Source: Basidiobolus meristosporus CBS 931.73 (taxonomy: Eukaryota; Fungi; Basidiobolomycota). From it: DNA of 52,833 nucleotides. The notes beneath the pieces were generated by a model. It worked only from the letters and a program-made list of their open reading frames with translations, was not told the DNA's origin and did not search any database. The stretch's first letter is position 1. Every line of letters begins with the position of its first letter. Shown piece by piece: positions 12,681-26,030 of the stretch. The stretch covers positions 1 to 52,833 of the forward strand of contig MCFE01000614.1 in the NCBI GenBank assembly GCA_002104905.1. Reading direction: 5' to 3'. The position numbers were made by a program, and so were the translations under genes.

Positions 12681-13486
12681 AGGATTCCAGGTGATCTCAC
12701 ACAACCAAAGCTTACAGATGCCGTAGAAGATGAACTCAGTCAGCCAAGTAGACACCAGCAACTGGAACAACAACATCAAAAGGCACAGACCAAAGTATTT
12801 CCAAGTGCAGAAAAGATGAAGCAGAGATGTGATAAGACTATAGCACCAGAAGCATTTTACTGTTGGGAACTTTGTATTGGTAAGAAACAACACCTGGAAG
12901 AAGTTTGAGCCACACTGAACAGGACCATTCTATATCATCAGAGAATGTCCATTTGCAACTTACCAACTAGTGGACAAACAAGGCAATATCTGGGAAGACT
13001 TAGTGCACAGGGACAGACTCAAGCTTGCAAGACATGCTGATAATACTGAACCATCTAGATATTGATATCACAAAAAAAGTGATTCAGAAGAACCCTACTA
13101 ACTTTAGTATGGGAGAATGTTATGATCTGCTGCTTGAATGTCTAAGTTAGATCAGTTTTTAGTCATATCAATTAGTTATATGTTGAGCTTATCAGTATAT
13201 TAGTATTATCTATCAAATCAGTAGCATTAGTTAGCATATGATTCAGCAGATCCTTATCAGACAGAAATAGATATATAAAGTAGGATCTTATTTGGTAATG
13301 ATGATGCAATTAAATGCGTCATCAGCCACAACCTACATTAGGAAATACAATTAGTCAGCAATTGATCTGGCAAAATGAATATAAGGAGCTGCTTGAACCT
13401 CAATAAAGATCTGTTCAAGTTTTAATGAATACAATACTAGCAAAACTCCCTATTCCTCTACAACTCTTATACCAAGACTTGTAACA
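12681..13486 (+). mobile_element. 3' fragment of the same Gypsy family (integrase C-terminus, PPT, 3' LTR 13118-13486)
   Basis: Matches 25228-26030. It is fused directly to the Copia RNase H remnant at 12680. Confidence 0.85.
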
Positions 13487-13509
13487 CATGCAATTTTGTT
13501 ACAAGTTAA

Positions 13510-13795
13510 AAGCCTCAGGGGCTAGATTCTGAGTGTCAAGAGTATTGAGTACCAAATGCTTCCCTTAAGTCTTTCTGTGCTATTACACATCATGCACAAT
13601 ATTGATCACAACAAAGGTCAAAAATAGATTTTTTAGAAATATGGGTGAAACATATGGCAGCTTTGTGCAAAAATGTAGCACTATGCTTTACACTCTGTGG
13701 CCAAGTATACATCTTGTTGGACTCACTAGCACACTATGGCACTCTACAGCACTCATGGCACAATGTGGCACAATCCAATGGCAAATGCCTAATTA
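13510..13795 (+). repeat. Degenerate single arm of the foldback-MITE family
   Basis: Colinear with about 1045-1334 (GCTAGATTC.GAGTG.CA, GCACAATATTGATC, CACTCTGTG.CCAAGT, GGCAC array). TIR eroded. Confidence 0.65.
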
Positions 13796-13809
13796 GTGGC
13801 ATCATCAAT

Positions 13810-15515
13810 TTCTCTTAGGATCCACCAATTGCATATGCTAGTGGTTGACAGTCTTGCTATAAGGACAATACCCCATCTACTCCAAGGAAATAATTCAGCA
13901 ATACTGTGTGATTGGTCTTGGTTAATGCTACATTGGCAATATCTTGTTTCATTCTAGGCTACCATGCTCTGGCTCTCTTAAGTCTGTTCCCCAAGTACTT
14001 TGATTACAAGTTGGGCCTGTTTGATTTATGCATCAAGTAAGTGTTGAGGATTGATCTAGTCTTGATAAAGCATCAGTAACCTTATTTTGTTTTCTAGGAA
14101 AGTAGATAAATGGTAAGTCAGATTGCTGAATAAGCTCATTTCATTCTGTCTTACTTCTGGATATTCCTGAGTAATATGCACTTGAGTGAGGTATGATCAG
14201 TCTTCACTGTGCACTTAAACCCCTTTGATGTAGCATCTCTATGTCTTTACACAGCATATTATAGAAAGCAACTCCATCTCATGCACTGGGTATACATGTT
14301 CTACTGCATTTAGTTTCTTCAATTCAAAGGTAACTGTGTACACCTTTCTTTGATGTTTTGGACTCTGTACTCCACCAATAGCATAACATGAGGCATCTGT
14401 GCAGAGAGTAAGCTCTTTTCTAAAGTCAAGTATTTTGAAGCTTGACAACATGACTGTCTAATTCTTGAATATCTGAAAGGCATTTGCACAAGCTACATCC
14501 CACTTCAAGTTGCTGTCTTTACTGAGGATATCAGTCGAAGAGTCTGCAACACTTGCAAAGGACTTGGCAAATCTACAATAATAGAATACCATTCCTGGAA
14601 ATGATATGAGATCTGATGTGGTATGGCATTGGTTGAGATTCTTGATAACTTATGCTTTCATAAGGCTTAATGTCACACCTTAGCACATCACTCTATGTAG
14701 CCAATATCCAGTGTGTTTTTTAAAGTACACACACCTTGCTAGCTTGCTATATGACAAGAACTTTTCAATGAGTACAAAGTGGTCCTCCTCCCTCTTGCTG
14801 TATATCAATATGTTATCCAGGTAGATTACTATAAACCTGTATAAGTACTGCTGAGACAGTTTGCATCCTGTATGCTGTCTTTAAAATATCTTCAGGTTTC
14901 ACCCTAGTCTGGCTGTATTCTGACATCAAGTCAATCCTGCTGAATATGACGGTTCTATTGAGTTTGTCAAGAAGCTCATCTATCCAAGAAATGGGGTACT
15001 TATTTTTCATAATAATTTAGCTCTGGGCTTTGCAGTCAATGCACATCCTAGGTGCTCCATCTCTCTTTACAAAAAGCACCAGTGCACACCATGCTGACTT
15101 ACTGGGTCTGATATATCCTTAGTCTAATAAGTGATCAATATATCTCTTCATCTGTTCTTATTCCAATAGACATATTCTGTAAGGTGTCTTGTTCACTGAA
15201 GTACTATGCCCTATGCTAATTGCATGATCAGCATCACTACTGGTGGTAGGTACACTAGTTCTTCTGAAAATAAACCTCAAAATCATATAAAAAAGTCTGA
15301 ACATGCTGGGGAACTGGGGAAGAGTAATCCACCTGTAATACACCATGTGGTACATATATGTACCTTTTATAGATGCTCTGCAGATATGTGTCTTACTAAG
15401 CTTAGTTGTGTCATATTCAATGGAACTTATTAAGTTGAAATCTGGTTGTCATTTGTGATCTGAGTGGAATTGGTTCCCCAGTTGGTTGATGAATAAAGGC
15501 AGAATAGCTATGTTT
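13810..15515 (-). pseudogene. Heavily degraded Gypsy pol fragment (pre-RT, RT, RNase H, start of integrase)
   Basis: Minus-strand remnants MKNKYPISWIDELLDKLN...FSRIDLMS and LCTDASCYAIGGV...HEMELLSII. Colinear with about 22760-24720. Confidence 0.8.
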
Positions 15516-15524
15516 TTTCAATTC

Positions 15525-18455
15525 TATGAAGAATAATTTGGCCCCACAGGTGGATCCAATCCCAATCAGCCAGCAGGATCCTACTTGGAGATCAATGTAA
15601 TACCAGCAGCTTGAAATTAATGACACACTTATTGATCTTATGATGGGGTCACAATGGTGTTTTGTTAATTTTACTGCCATATAAAGTTACAAAACTTGAC
15701 AGGGTTTTATTGGTGCTGTGACAAATAGTGCATGACATTGTTGCAGTCTCAATGTGCTCTACAGTTATTTAAAATGAATCTAACTGACCAGTACATCCAG
15801 TTGCCTTATATGGCAAAGATCTTGATGGTATTTTGTTGTCCTCATTGCAAGTCTCTGTTAGCATTATCATGGCAGTATGGCACCCTACAGCAAGTTCTCT
15901 ATAATGCTACCATACCAATTTGCCAAATGGTATTTCTTTTTTCTACCTCCCTTTGTGCAATTCATACATTCCACTGTAGAATTACCCCTCTTTATTTGCT
16001 TATGCACTACTACCTTGGGTATTCCACATATAGTTCAAACCAAAAAAACCATGGTCTCTTGCTTACTAACCTCTATAAATGCACACACCTGCTGCAATTG
16101 ACATACTTATATCACCTCAACTTTACGGCTGTTTAGTGTGATACTTGCAAAGTTGCCATATACCTTGTACTGCTGGTAGCATATACATCTTGCAAACATA
16201 TGCTTGGGTCTTGCCACTTTGGCCATGAATACTTCCTGAATAACTGTAAAGAACTTCTGGGTATTTAGCTAATACATTCCTTCCCTCTGCTGAGTTCTAG
16301 TCCCCCTTATAGGTGTGCTCTGCCTCTTGTTTGTGCGAACTCCATATTGAATGGTGTAGAAGTTGGCTTGTGACCAAGAGAAATCTGGCATACCTTGGTA
16401 GAGGTTTCCTAATAAAAGTTAGTTGCTTGTTGCACCAAACCCAATTTTGCATTACTTATCTGATTACCCAGGCATTTGGGCTACTTAGCTTCTTAATGCC
16501 ATAGGCAGTGGTGTATCCATGTGCACATCTGTCCTCATTTTTTCCAACTCTTCCTGGCTGTCCTCCATGCACCAACTCATCACATCCATGATGGACTTGA
16601 AAGTAATGTTCTTGAAGAGATTGGGAAATGGTAGTACCTGCAACTTGACTTGTCTTTCTATCTCCCCACACATCAGCTCCATCAGAAACTCCCAAAAGGT
16701 GAAGCAAGGCCCAATATTCTCCTCACACCAAGCAAGATGGAGTAGCAAATGGATACAGTAGTGGCAGAGACTGACATGATCAGCTATATATTTGTATTGT
16801 AGCTGCGCAAATCTCATCACAAACTCTTTGCATAAAAGCTTTAGATGCATCAAGTTAGCATTGGTGATCCACTTTTGGATAAATATTCCTACAATGTTCA
16901 CATAGGATTCCCAATGCTTCCAATGTACTCTTGGTAGAAATGGCTTCAGAAGACAACTTGTATAAATACATATCCAGTTCATCCAGCCCTTGCTCTTGTA
17001 TTGTCCCATATGCATACAAATGTTGATTGGCACCAGTGAGAAGTACTTAGGGTAGCAGAAACTCTGTAATATCTTGCCATTTCTTCCAAATATCTGTGGA
17101 ATCTCAAGGGGTGCAGTTAGCTGAAATGCTGCATGTAGAACTTGATCATCACCATAGGGATATTGTTGTAAAGCAAATGCATTGCTCCTGGTGGAAAGCT
17201 TTTGCTTTAACAAATACCCATTATTTTAAGTATCTCCAGTTTCCAATTAATTCTGTATCCTGACCAATGGCTCATAGCCTGCCAACTTTGCTGCAATTAC
17301 ATGCTGACTTCTGAATATTCTCTCTACAGAAAGTCAAAGTTCTTAGTGTTGGTGTTTGGGTAATAATAATGTGTGTGAGTTATGCAGTAAGTCCCCTGGA
17401 TCTCACACATTTGAAAGCAATACCATCCATTGTGCCCAGAAAAGCCAGCTATCTTGCTGATGGCTGTGGTATCTCCCATGTATATAATAATAAGCACTTT
17501 TATGTGACAGCCATTTACTGTTATCTGCTGGAAAGCATACAAATTTGATAAAGCAACAGATACAGGTAGCTACCCAGGTTGGACAGTGATTTTGGCCCAG
17601 ATACCAGTGAGACTACCATCAGATTTCTGCTCTTATACTATAAGATAGCCGGCATATTCAGGTTGATGCAAATCAGTGGCCAGCAGGATTTGCTGGTAGA
17701 GTGCTTGTCTAATGAGAATTCATCAAGTGCTTTGGCAGCAGCATGGTTATACATACCTTCAAAGTAGCCCTTGCTTCTTGGCTGTTTGCAATGTTTACTA
17801 TCAAATATATTGGAAATATTTGTGCTTGATTGACACAGAGTGCAGTACTTTATAGCTTTGCAATATTTGTTGGACTGCATGAGTTTCTTTAGACAGGGTA
17901 TTGCTGGAATATATCTGGGGTGTGGACAATGTTTTCCCCCAATGGTGGTGGATTCCTCACAGGCTGCACACCTTGCAATGGTAGCATTTTCTGATGGGAA
18001 TGCCATGCAACTGCTAACACATGCTGGTATCAGGACAGTCTCTGGGTCATATGTTGCCAGCTGCATGACTGCTTTCCATCTACACCATGTACATGGTAAG
18101 CTGCATCCCAGGACAATTTTGGCAAGAAGCAGTAGTAAGTCCTCAAAGCCCCCACTACTGAAATTAGTGGAAAAGCACTACTTTGCTAGCCACAACATCA
18201 CATCATTCACCAGTAGATGGATTACTGGGCTCACTTGACTCCATAAAGTATCCTAACATTTTTTCCACAGGTGTTTTTGCATTGCATAATGGAATTTTGC
18301 CATGATCATAAAGGGTACTATTGTTAGGGAAGATAGACCACAATCTATGAGTGAGCCTGCTTCTTCAGAGCTCTCACTCTGTGTGCCATATTCAGAAGGC
18401 TGGGGTGAGCCCAAAGGCATTACACACTCATCTGACACAGTTTGCACAAGGTGAC
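15525..18455 (-). pseudogene. CACTA/EnSpm-like DNA transposase pseudogene, copy 1
   Basis: Remnant motifs GDTTAISKIAGFSGHNGWYCFQMCEIQG and HLLLHLAWCEENIGPCFTFWEFLMELMCGEI, recognised as typical of fungal CMC/EnSpm-type transposases. Homologous to 33018-35450 and 40895-43140. Termini not found. Confidence 0.6.
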
Positions 18456-18714
18456 AAGTGTTATAAATAGACACAAGGCTGGAGAATAGAGCTAGGCTAG
18501 GCAGGACCAGGAAGGGACTTAGGTGTGGATCAACAAGGCAAGGCAGATATCCAAGGCAAGGCTGTTTATTCAAGACCTGTGCTTATCAGACTGCAGAATA
18601 CATAAGGGGAGATAGAACTATATATACTTTTTGGCAATATGGATCCCAATAGATATAGGCTAATACTGATGGGGTTCAGAGGTGAGGCACAGTAAGTGTG
18701 CCAAAATAAAAATA

Positions 18715-19063
18715 TGTTGTTAGAGTCTTGGAAATATTGGAAGTGACTTGGGAAGACAAGTAGATTATATGTTTTCACTTAATGATTTATTGAATGTGAA
18801 AGTAGCATTTATACTTTTACATAGTCTTAGCATATCAAGCATGTAGAATAGGTTAAGGAAAATCTGAAGAACATGTGTGCAAAGTTTGGTGCTGTTTAGA
18901 CAACTTTGAGAATTTTCATATTCTGGATACCTGGTAATTTGGTGAAAATATTCCAAGTAAATCCCAACAAGAAATTTAGTCAGTATTCTCTAGGATTTGA
19001 AGGCAATGGTCTAAGTGACTAAGTTAGGTGAATATTTAGGTGGAATTACAAATTTTTACAACA
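18715..19063 (-). repeat. 3' LTR of Copia family 1 element
   Basis: TGTTG...CAACA, adjacent to the PPT. Confidence 0.9.
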
Positions 19064-21092
19064 CTCCCACTCAACTAAATGCTCATACTGACTATTCCTA
19101 ATTTTGGCCTAAGATACTCAAACTTGTCTCTAGCTAATGGTTAAGTGAGTATGTCTGCAATCATTTCATCTGATGGACAGTAAACTAAGCTAACTAAGTT
19201 ATTCACTATAGCTTCATGTATGAAATGATGTCCAATATCTATGTGCTTAATTCTAGCATGAAAAGTTGGATTTCTACCAAATTGTAAACATGCTTGATTT
19301 TTATGATATAAGGTGATAGACATTTTTTGACATAGGCCCAAGTCAGTAGTAAGCTTTCTTAGCCATATTGCTTCTTTTGCAGCTTCACAGGCTGCCATAT
19401 ACTATGCGTCGGTGGTACAAAGAGCTATGGTTGGTGCTTTCTTGAATTCCATGAAATTGCTCCTCTACAGTAAAGAAAGGTGTGTCCTGTGGTGGATCTT
19501 CTGTCTTCCAAATCTTGTCCCCAATCATCATCAGAGTATCTCACAAGATTCTGATCTGAATCCTTATAATGTATCTTAAGCAGATATCAGCAGCTCCTTT
19601 TATGTATCTAAAGATCCACTTAACTGCTGCAATATGATCAGATCCATAGTTCTGATTACGTTGGCTGACAACCCTGCCATGGCTTTAAACTCCCTGAACT
19701 TAGACAGAGCTTCTTTGTTTCTCTCCATGAAGTGGACCCATGTGTATCTTGTATAATCATCAATAATAGTGCTTGAATACTTCATCCCACCTAAGGATAG
19801 ATTTTGCTTAGGTCCACACAGATCTGCGTAGATCAGATCTAATTTCCTCTTAGTTTTGATTAACCCAGAGCTCTTGATCAGTTGTCTAGCTTGTTTCCCA
19901 TATATGCAGGCTTCACAGTGCTCTAAATTAGCTGGGGGATCAATTTTTACTCCATAAAATAGCGGATCTTAGATCATTTTGCGCAAATGCCCAAACTGAT
20001 GTGCCCAAATCTCCTGTGTCAAAGTATTTTTGATCAGTGATCCTGCATCCAGAATTGTCAAAGCTGAGACTGAGTCCCTCTGTGGTTGCCTTGCTTACTG
20101 ATAGTAGGTTCTTGGCTATTTCTAGTATATAAAGTACTTCTTTAAAGGTCAGTGTATGGCTTCCCTCACTGCTTCTTAGGCTTACTTGTATAGTTCCTTC
20201 TCCCACTGCATCAAGTGCTCTATTGTCACCCTTGAAAACCTTCCTAATTGGAATTTCTACATATTGGGTAAGAAGTTCTTTTTGGTGTGTAAAGTGTTGA
20301 AATGCTCCACAGCCAATATACCAAGTCTGAGAATCCTTGTTTGCAGTCATGTTTAGTGCAAGTATGAATATGCTATCTTCAGTTGTTACATCATTCCTAT
20401 ATTCAGGCTTTTTCTGCTGACTATCTCTCTTTTTGAAGCACTGTTTGGATGTGTGTCCTTTCCTTTGGCAGTAGTTACAAAACAGGTTGCTACTGTATTT
20501 AAAAGGTCTTGAGTATCTCCTTTGTTGGTTATCAATGCTTATTGAAGCATTTTCTTCTTCCTTCTTATTGCACTTGATTTTCTCAATTCTTGATCCAGGA
20601 GCCTTGTATATTTGTAATTTAAGGTCATATCTTCAGTTCTAGACTCTAGGGCTGATACAAGGCCTTGAAATTTTTCTGTCAGGCTATCCAGGATAGTAAC
20701 TATCACATCCTCATCAGTAGTTGGTATGCCCACAGATTCCATCTCATCCACCAGCAGGGTATTTCTGTTGATTAGATTTTCATTTCATCTCCAGGCTGCA
20801 TCTTTATAGTAAACAATTTTTGTCCCAGATACATTTTCTTGGCAGTGAGACATGACTGGTAGTCATCTTCTAGTGCCTTCCAGGGATTCTTTACCCTTTT
20901 TGCTCTTGAGTATTAGGCTTGTTCCATGGAACCATGCTGGGGCATCCTTGCGCAATCCATGGTCTCAAAGAACAATTGAGTGCAACATTGTAGCTACCAG
21001 TAAGCAGGATTGTTCTTGGACCATTTCACATTATGTGGGACAATCTTGCATACTATGGCACAATCTGACACAATGAAGTTGGCACAGAGCAT

Positions 21093-21460
21093 TGTTATGA
21101 TCTGCCGCTTGAATGTTTAAGTTAGATCAGTTTTTAGTCAAATCAATTAGTATATGTTTAGGTTATCAGTATATCAGTATTATCTATGAAATCAGTAGCA
21201 TTAGTCAGCAAATGAATCAGCAGATCCTTATCAGACAGAAAAAGATATATTAAGTAGGATCTTATTGGGTGATGATGATGCAATCAAATGAGTCATCAGC
21301 CACAACCTACATTAGGAAATACAATTAGTCAGCAATTGATCTGGCAAAATGTATATAAGGAGCTGCTGGAACCTCAATAAAAATCAGTTCAAGTTTTAGT
21401 GAATACAATACTAGCTAAACTCCCTATTCCTCTACAACTCTTATACCAAGACTTGTAACA
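21093..21460 (+). repeat. 5' LTR of intact Gypsy
   Basis: TGTTATGA...GTAACA. Contains TATATAA and AATAAA. Confidence 0.95.
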
Positions 21461-21461
21461 T

Positions 21462-21472
21462 TGGTAGCAGCG
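21462..21472 (+). other. Primer-binding site TGGTAGCAGCG (complement of a tRNA 3' end, most likely initiator Met)
   Basis: 1 nt after the LTR, starts TGG (complement of CCA). It implies a tRNA ending CGCTGCTACCA, compatible with the A1-U72 pair of tRNAiMet. Confidence 0.7.
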
Positions 21473-21518
21473 ATAACCAGAAACCTCCCTCCTGAAGAAA
21501 GAAGAAAACACCCTCAAG

Positions 21519-24500
21519 ATGTCGGACAATCAAGAATGGAAGAATGCCATGCAGCAAATCCTGGCCCAACAGCAACAGCTACTCCAGATCCTCAGCCAAC
21601 AGCAACAAGGAATGACTACCATGGCTCAGAGCCAGCAAAGCCCTATCAAGAGCAACTTTAGTGTGAAGGTCAACCGGTACCATGGCAGAGTCAATGAAAA
21701 CCTGGGAACTTGGCTCTTTCAGATTGAAGAAGCTTTTAAAGCTAAAGGAATTGCTCCAGAGAGCAAGTTGCATTATGCAGCTTCTTACCTGGCAGATGCA
21801 GCTTTACAGTGGTACCACAACAAGATCAGGTCAGCTACTATGATGGGATGCTCTACAATCTCTACCTGGGATGAGTTTGTGTCGGAAATTCAGGATGCTT
21901 TTGAACCTCCACACCAGCAGACACTACTAAGAAGGAAGTTAAAGACACTCAGACAGAAAGGAATGGTGCAAGAATACATCTATGAGTACAGATGTCTACT
22001 TGGACAAATTGAAAGAATGGACCCCTTGGATCAAGTTGAATACTTTATTGATGGGTTGAAAGAAAGAACTCGCAAGGAAGTCAATTACCGAAGACCTCAG
22101 ACTATTGAAGAAGCCATCAAGATTGCCATTGACTATGACTCAGCTATGTTTGGAGTTGGGAAGCCTACAGTGACTAGTCAGAAAGGCTATAATCATTATG
22201 AAAGAAGACAATCAGAAGCAGTACCAATGGAAATAGACGCTATGCAGAAGAATCCCTCCTCAGAAGAATGCAAGAAGAGAGGACTTTGCTTTAATTGCCA
22301 CCAGCAGGGACATATTGCAAAATACTGCCCTCAGAGAAGAAATGGACACCAGCCAACAAGAACCTTCAACCATATTGAATCCCATGAACACAATAATGAG
22401 GAAGATGAGCTTGAAGAAGACTCGGAACTCACCTTCCATATGACAGAAGAGTACTTGTCCCAAATGACTTCAAACTCAGGGAAGTTATTGTACCTGAATG
22501 GAGCAATCAATGGAGTACCTGCCAAGATCATGATTGACTCAGGAGCATCGCATGAGTACATGTCAGAGCAATTTGCTTTGAAAGCTGGAATCAACTCGGA
22601 ACCTACCAAATCAACTTCAGTCTCCACAGCAGATGGGAACTCCCACATAATCAACCGTATTACCCAGCCAGTAAGAATGAAGATCAATGACTATGAAGAA
22701 GACCTACAGGCTTATATATTTGGGAACTGCAAGTTTGACCTTGTACTTGGGAAAACCTGGCTATTTTGTCGTAATCCATCAATCAACTGGAGAACCCATG
22801 CTACTCAGATCCAAAAAGACAACAAGACCTATGAGCTATTACCTGCCAGGCTGGATTTCAACTTGGTCAATTCCAGTGTGTGTGAGACAAGTGAACTTAG
22901 CAAGACCCAGTTCTGTAGAGCACTTAGAAAAGGTACCCAGATGTTCCTCATGGCGGTATTACAGGAGGATTCCTCTATCCCAGCACCCCAGCAGGTCCAG
23001 ACTCTCTTGAAGAAATATTCAGACGTGTTTCCAGATGAGCTTGTAAGCCTACCACCAGTCAGAGACGTGGATCATGCCATTGACACAGGAGATAGCCCTC
23101 CAGTGAGCAAGACACCTTACAGAATGAGTCCATTGGAATTGGAGGAAATGAAGAAACAAATTGATCAGCTATTGGAGCAAGGATACATCAGGCCCAGCAA
23201 GTCACCTTGGGGAGCACCAGTGCTTTTTGTGAAAAAGAAGGATGGAACACTTAGGATGTGCATTGACTACAGAGCCCTGAACTCAGTTACCGTCAAGAAT
23301 AAGTACCCCATACCTCGGATTGATGAGCTTTTGGACCAACTTAATGGAGCCACTATTTTCAGCAAGATCGACCTCATGTCAGGATACAACCAGATTAGGG
23401 TGAAACCAGAAGATATCCCTAAGACAGCATTCAGGACCAGATATGGACATTACGAGTACTTAGTCATGAGTTTTGGCCTCACTAATGCCCCTGCAACATT
23501 CATGACGCTGATGCAGACTGTCTTTCAGGAGTACTTAGACAAGTTTGTGATAATCTACCTGGATGACATATTGATATACAGCAAGACAGAAAAGGATCAC
23601 ATGGTGCACATTGAAAAGGTCTTGAAGAAACTAAGAGAGAACAAGCTATACGGCAAGCTAGCCAAGTGTGAATTCTTCAAGGAACACGTAGAATATCTGG
23701 GACACATAGTGACTAGCACAGGAGTAACCTTAGACCCCAAGAAGGTGGAAGTAATCAAGAATTTGAAGCAGCCCCATAGCATATCAGAACTCAGATCCTT
23801 CCTTGGAATGGTTTCCTATTATCGGAGATTTGTCAAGTCATTTGCAAGTATTGCAGCCCCTTTAACTGATATCCTCAAGAAAGAGAATACCTACAAGTGG
23901 GACATAGCTTGTGAGACTGCCTTCCAGACGCTAAAGAATGAACTTGCTAAGTTACCAAGCTTAAGAATACCAGACTTCAGAAAAGAGTTCACTCTATGCA
24001 CAGATGCTTCAGATTATGCAATTGGTGGAGTGCTGAGCCAAGAACACGAGGGAAAGGACTACCCTGTTGCCTTTGAATCCAAGAAACTGAACTCAGCAGA
24101 ACAAAACTATCCAGTCCATGAGAAGGAGATGCTTGCTATAATACACTGTTTGAAGACATGGAGATGCTATATTGAAGGAGTCAAATGCACTGTGAAGACT
24201 GATCATGCCTCCCTCAAGTATATATTTACTCAGAAGGTACTCTCTAGAAGAATGACAAGATGGAGTGAATACATTCAGCAATTTGACCTGGAGATTGTCT
24301 ACTGCCCTGGAAAAAACAACACGGTTGCTGATGCCTTATCAAGATTAGATCAAGTTGCACAACTCAACTTGGTGCATGAATCAGATTGGCCTAGCCTATT
24401 ACCAAAGTACTTGGAGGACCAAGCCATTCCTAATGAGGTGGATGAAGATATCAAGAAGATAATCCGGGATGAAGCCAGCAAATTTGTTGTACAGGATGAA

Positions 24501-25652
24501 ACACTCTACCGAATTGTTGATGGAAGCCCTATTGCCTATTGTCCTTATGTTGCTCGCCTGGATTTAATACATAAGCTACACAATGGATATGGACATCTTG
24601 GGATTGAAGGAACCTATAGCCTTGTAAAAGCCAGAGCATGGTGGCCCAGAATGAAACAAGACATTGAGAAGCTAGTAAAAACATGCCCAAACTGCCAAAT
24701 CAATCAAGGCCAGCCACAAAGAATTGCCGAACTCTTCCCTTTGGAGCCTGTAAGACCATTTGAGAGATGGGGAATTGACTTTATTGGAAGACTGCCAACT
24801 ACCAGGAAATGTAACCGTTGGATCCTAGTAGCTATTGACCATGCCACTAAATGGCCAGTTGCTAAAGCCGTACCAATAGCCAGTGAACAAGAAGTTGCAA
24901 GTTTCATTTACCATGAGATCCTGATGAAGTTTGGATGCCCTGTGGAGATCTTATCCGATAGAGGTGCAAACTTTATGGCAAAGACATTAGAGGCTTACCT
25001 GGAAATGCAGCAGATCAGACACTTGAAAACCTCGGCATATCACCCCAGAACTAATGGAGTCACTGAGCGGTTTAATGGATTATTTGGAAAAATGCTGACT
25101 AAGTATGCAAATGGAGTTGTCAGTAGATGGGATGAGTATATAGACCAAGCACTCTTTGCATGCAGAGTCAGAGTACACAACACCACCCAGCAATCACCAT
25201 TTTACTTAGTTTATGGATGTGAACCTAGGATTCCAGGAGATCTCACACAACCCAAGCTTACAGATGCCTTAGAAGATGAACTTAGTCAGCCAAGTAGACA
25301 CCAGCAACTGGAACAAAGACGTCAAGAGGCACAGACCAAAGTATCTCAAAGTGCAGAAAAGATGAAGCAGAGATTTGATAAGACTATAGCACCAGAAGCA
25401 TTGACAGTTGGGAACTTTGTATTGCTAAGAAACAACACTCGGAAGAAGTTTGAGCCACAATGGACAGGACCATTCAAGATCATCAGAGAATGTCCATTTG
25501 CAACTTACCAACTGGTGGACAAGCAAGGTAATATCCGGGAAGACTTAGTGCATAGGGACAGACTCAAGCTTGCAAGACTTGCTGATAATACTGAACCATC
25601 AAGATATTGGTATCACAAGAAAAGAGATTCAGGAGAACTCTCTCAACTTTAG
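21519..25652 (+). CDS. Gag-Pol polyprotein, single ORF, 1377 aa
   Basis: Gag with zinc knuckle [14 protein letters not shown], protease IDSGA, RT YLDD, RNase H (TDAS...DALSR). Integrase has HHCC (HNGYGH...CPNC), D-D-E (GIDF, SDRG, ERFN) and GPF. No chromodomain seen. Confidence 0.97.
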   Translation: MSDNQEWKNAMQQILAQQQQLLQILSQQQQGMTTMAQSQQSPIKSNFSVKVNRYHGRVNENLGTWLFQIEEAFKAKGIAPESKLHYAASYLADAALQWYHNKIRSATMMGCSTISTWDEFVSEIQDAFEPPHQQTLLRRKLKTLRQKGMVQEYIYEYRCLLGQIERMDPLDQVEYFIDGLKERTRKEVNYRRPQTIEEAIKIAIDYDSAMFGVGKPTVTSQKGYNHYERRQSEAVPMEIDAMQKNPSSEECKKRGLCFNCHQQGHIAKYCPQRRNGHQPTRTFNHIESHEHNNEEDELEEDSELTFHMTEEYLSQMTSNSGKLLYLNGAINGVPAKIMIDSGASHEYMSEQFALKAGINSEPTKSTSVSTADGNSHIINRITQPVRMKINDYEEDLQAYIFGNCKFDLVLGKTWLFCRNPSINWRTHATQIQKDNKTYELLPARLDFNLVNSSVCETSELSKTQFCRALRKGTQMFLMAVLQEDSSIPAPQQVQTLLKKYSDVFPDELVSLPPVRDVDHAIDTGDSPPVSKTPYRMSPLELEEMKKQIDQLLEQGYIRPSKSPWGAPVLFVKKKDGTLRMCIDYRALNSVTVKNKYPIPRIDELLDQLNGATIFSKIDLMSGYNQIRVKPEDIPKTAFRTRYGHYEYLVMSFGLTNAPATFMTLMQTVFQEYLDKFVIIYLDDILIYSKTEKDHMVHIEKVLKKLRENKLYGKLAKCEFFKEHVEYLGHIVTSTGVTLDPKKVEVIKNLKQPHSISELRSFLGMVSYYRRFVKSFASIAAPLTDILKKENTYKWDIACETAFQTLKNELAKLPSLRIPDFRKEFTLCTDASDYAIGGVLSQEHEGKDYPVAFESKKLNSAEQNYPVHEKEMLAIIHCLKTWRCYIEGVKCTVKTDHASLKYIFTQKVLSRRMTRWSEYIQQFDLEIVYCPGKNNTVADALSRLDQVAQLNLVHESDWPSLLPKYLEDQAIPNEVDEDIKKIIRDEASKFVVQDETLYRIVDGSPIAYCPYVARLDLIHKLHNGYGHLGIEGTYSLVKARAWWPRMKQDIEKLVKTCPNCQINQGQPQRIAELFPLEPVRPFERWGIDFIGRLPTTRKCNRWILVAIDHATKWPVAKAVPIASEQEVASFIYHEILMKFGCPVEILSDRGANFMAKTLEAYLEMQQIRHLKTSAYHPRTNGVTERFNGLFGKMLTKYANGVVSRWDEYIDQALFACRVRVHNTTQQSPFYLVYGCEPRIPGDLTQPKLTDALEDELSQPSRHQQLEQRRQEAQTKVSQSAEKMKQRFDKTIAPEALTVGNFVLLRNNTRKKFEPQWTGPFKIIRECPFATYQLVDKQGNIREDLVHRDRLKLARLADNTEPSRYWYHKKRDSGELSQL

Positions 25653-25662
25653 TAGGGGAGAA

Positions 25663-26030
25663 TGTTATGATCTGCCGCTTGAATGTTTAAGTTAGATCAG
25701 TTTTTAGTCAAATCAATTAGTATATGTTTAGGTTATCAGTATATCAGTATTATCTATGAAATCAGTAGCATTAGTCAGCAAATGAATCAGCAGATCCTTA
25801 TCAGACAGAAAAAGATATATTAAGTAGGATCTTATTGGGTGATGATGATGCAATCAAATGAGTCATCAGCCACAACCTACATTAGGAAATACAATTAGTC
25901 AGCAATTGATCTGGCAAAATGTATATAAGGAGCTGCTGGAACCTCAATAAAAATCAGTTCAAGTTTTAGTGAATACAATACTAGCTAAACTCCCTATTCC
26001 TCTACAACTCTTATACCAAGACTTGTAACA
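25663..26030 (+). repeat. 3' LTR of intact Gypsy (preceded by PPT AGTAGGGGAGAA 25651-25662)
   Basis: Identical by eye to 21093-21460. Confidence 0.95.

Larger units (their letters stand above)
21093..26030 (+). mobile_element. Intact, very recent Ty3/Gypsy LTR retrotransposon (4938 bp)
   Basis: Two 368-bp LTRs with no difference found by eye, 4-bp TSD GCAT (21089-21092 and 26031-26034), PBS, PPT and an uninterrupted gag-pol ORF. Confidence 0.97.

Noticed and set aside
15230-15250. CACTA pentamer as a possible CACTA element terminus
   Set aside because: It lies inside the degraded Gypsy fragment and has no matching TAGTG end or TSD.
25440-25652. Chromodomain at the end of the Gypsy integrase
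   Set aside because: Only about 30 residues follow the GPF region and no aromatic-cage chromodomain pattern is visible.
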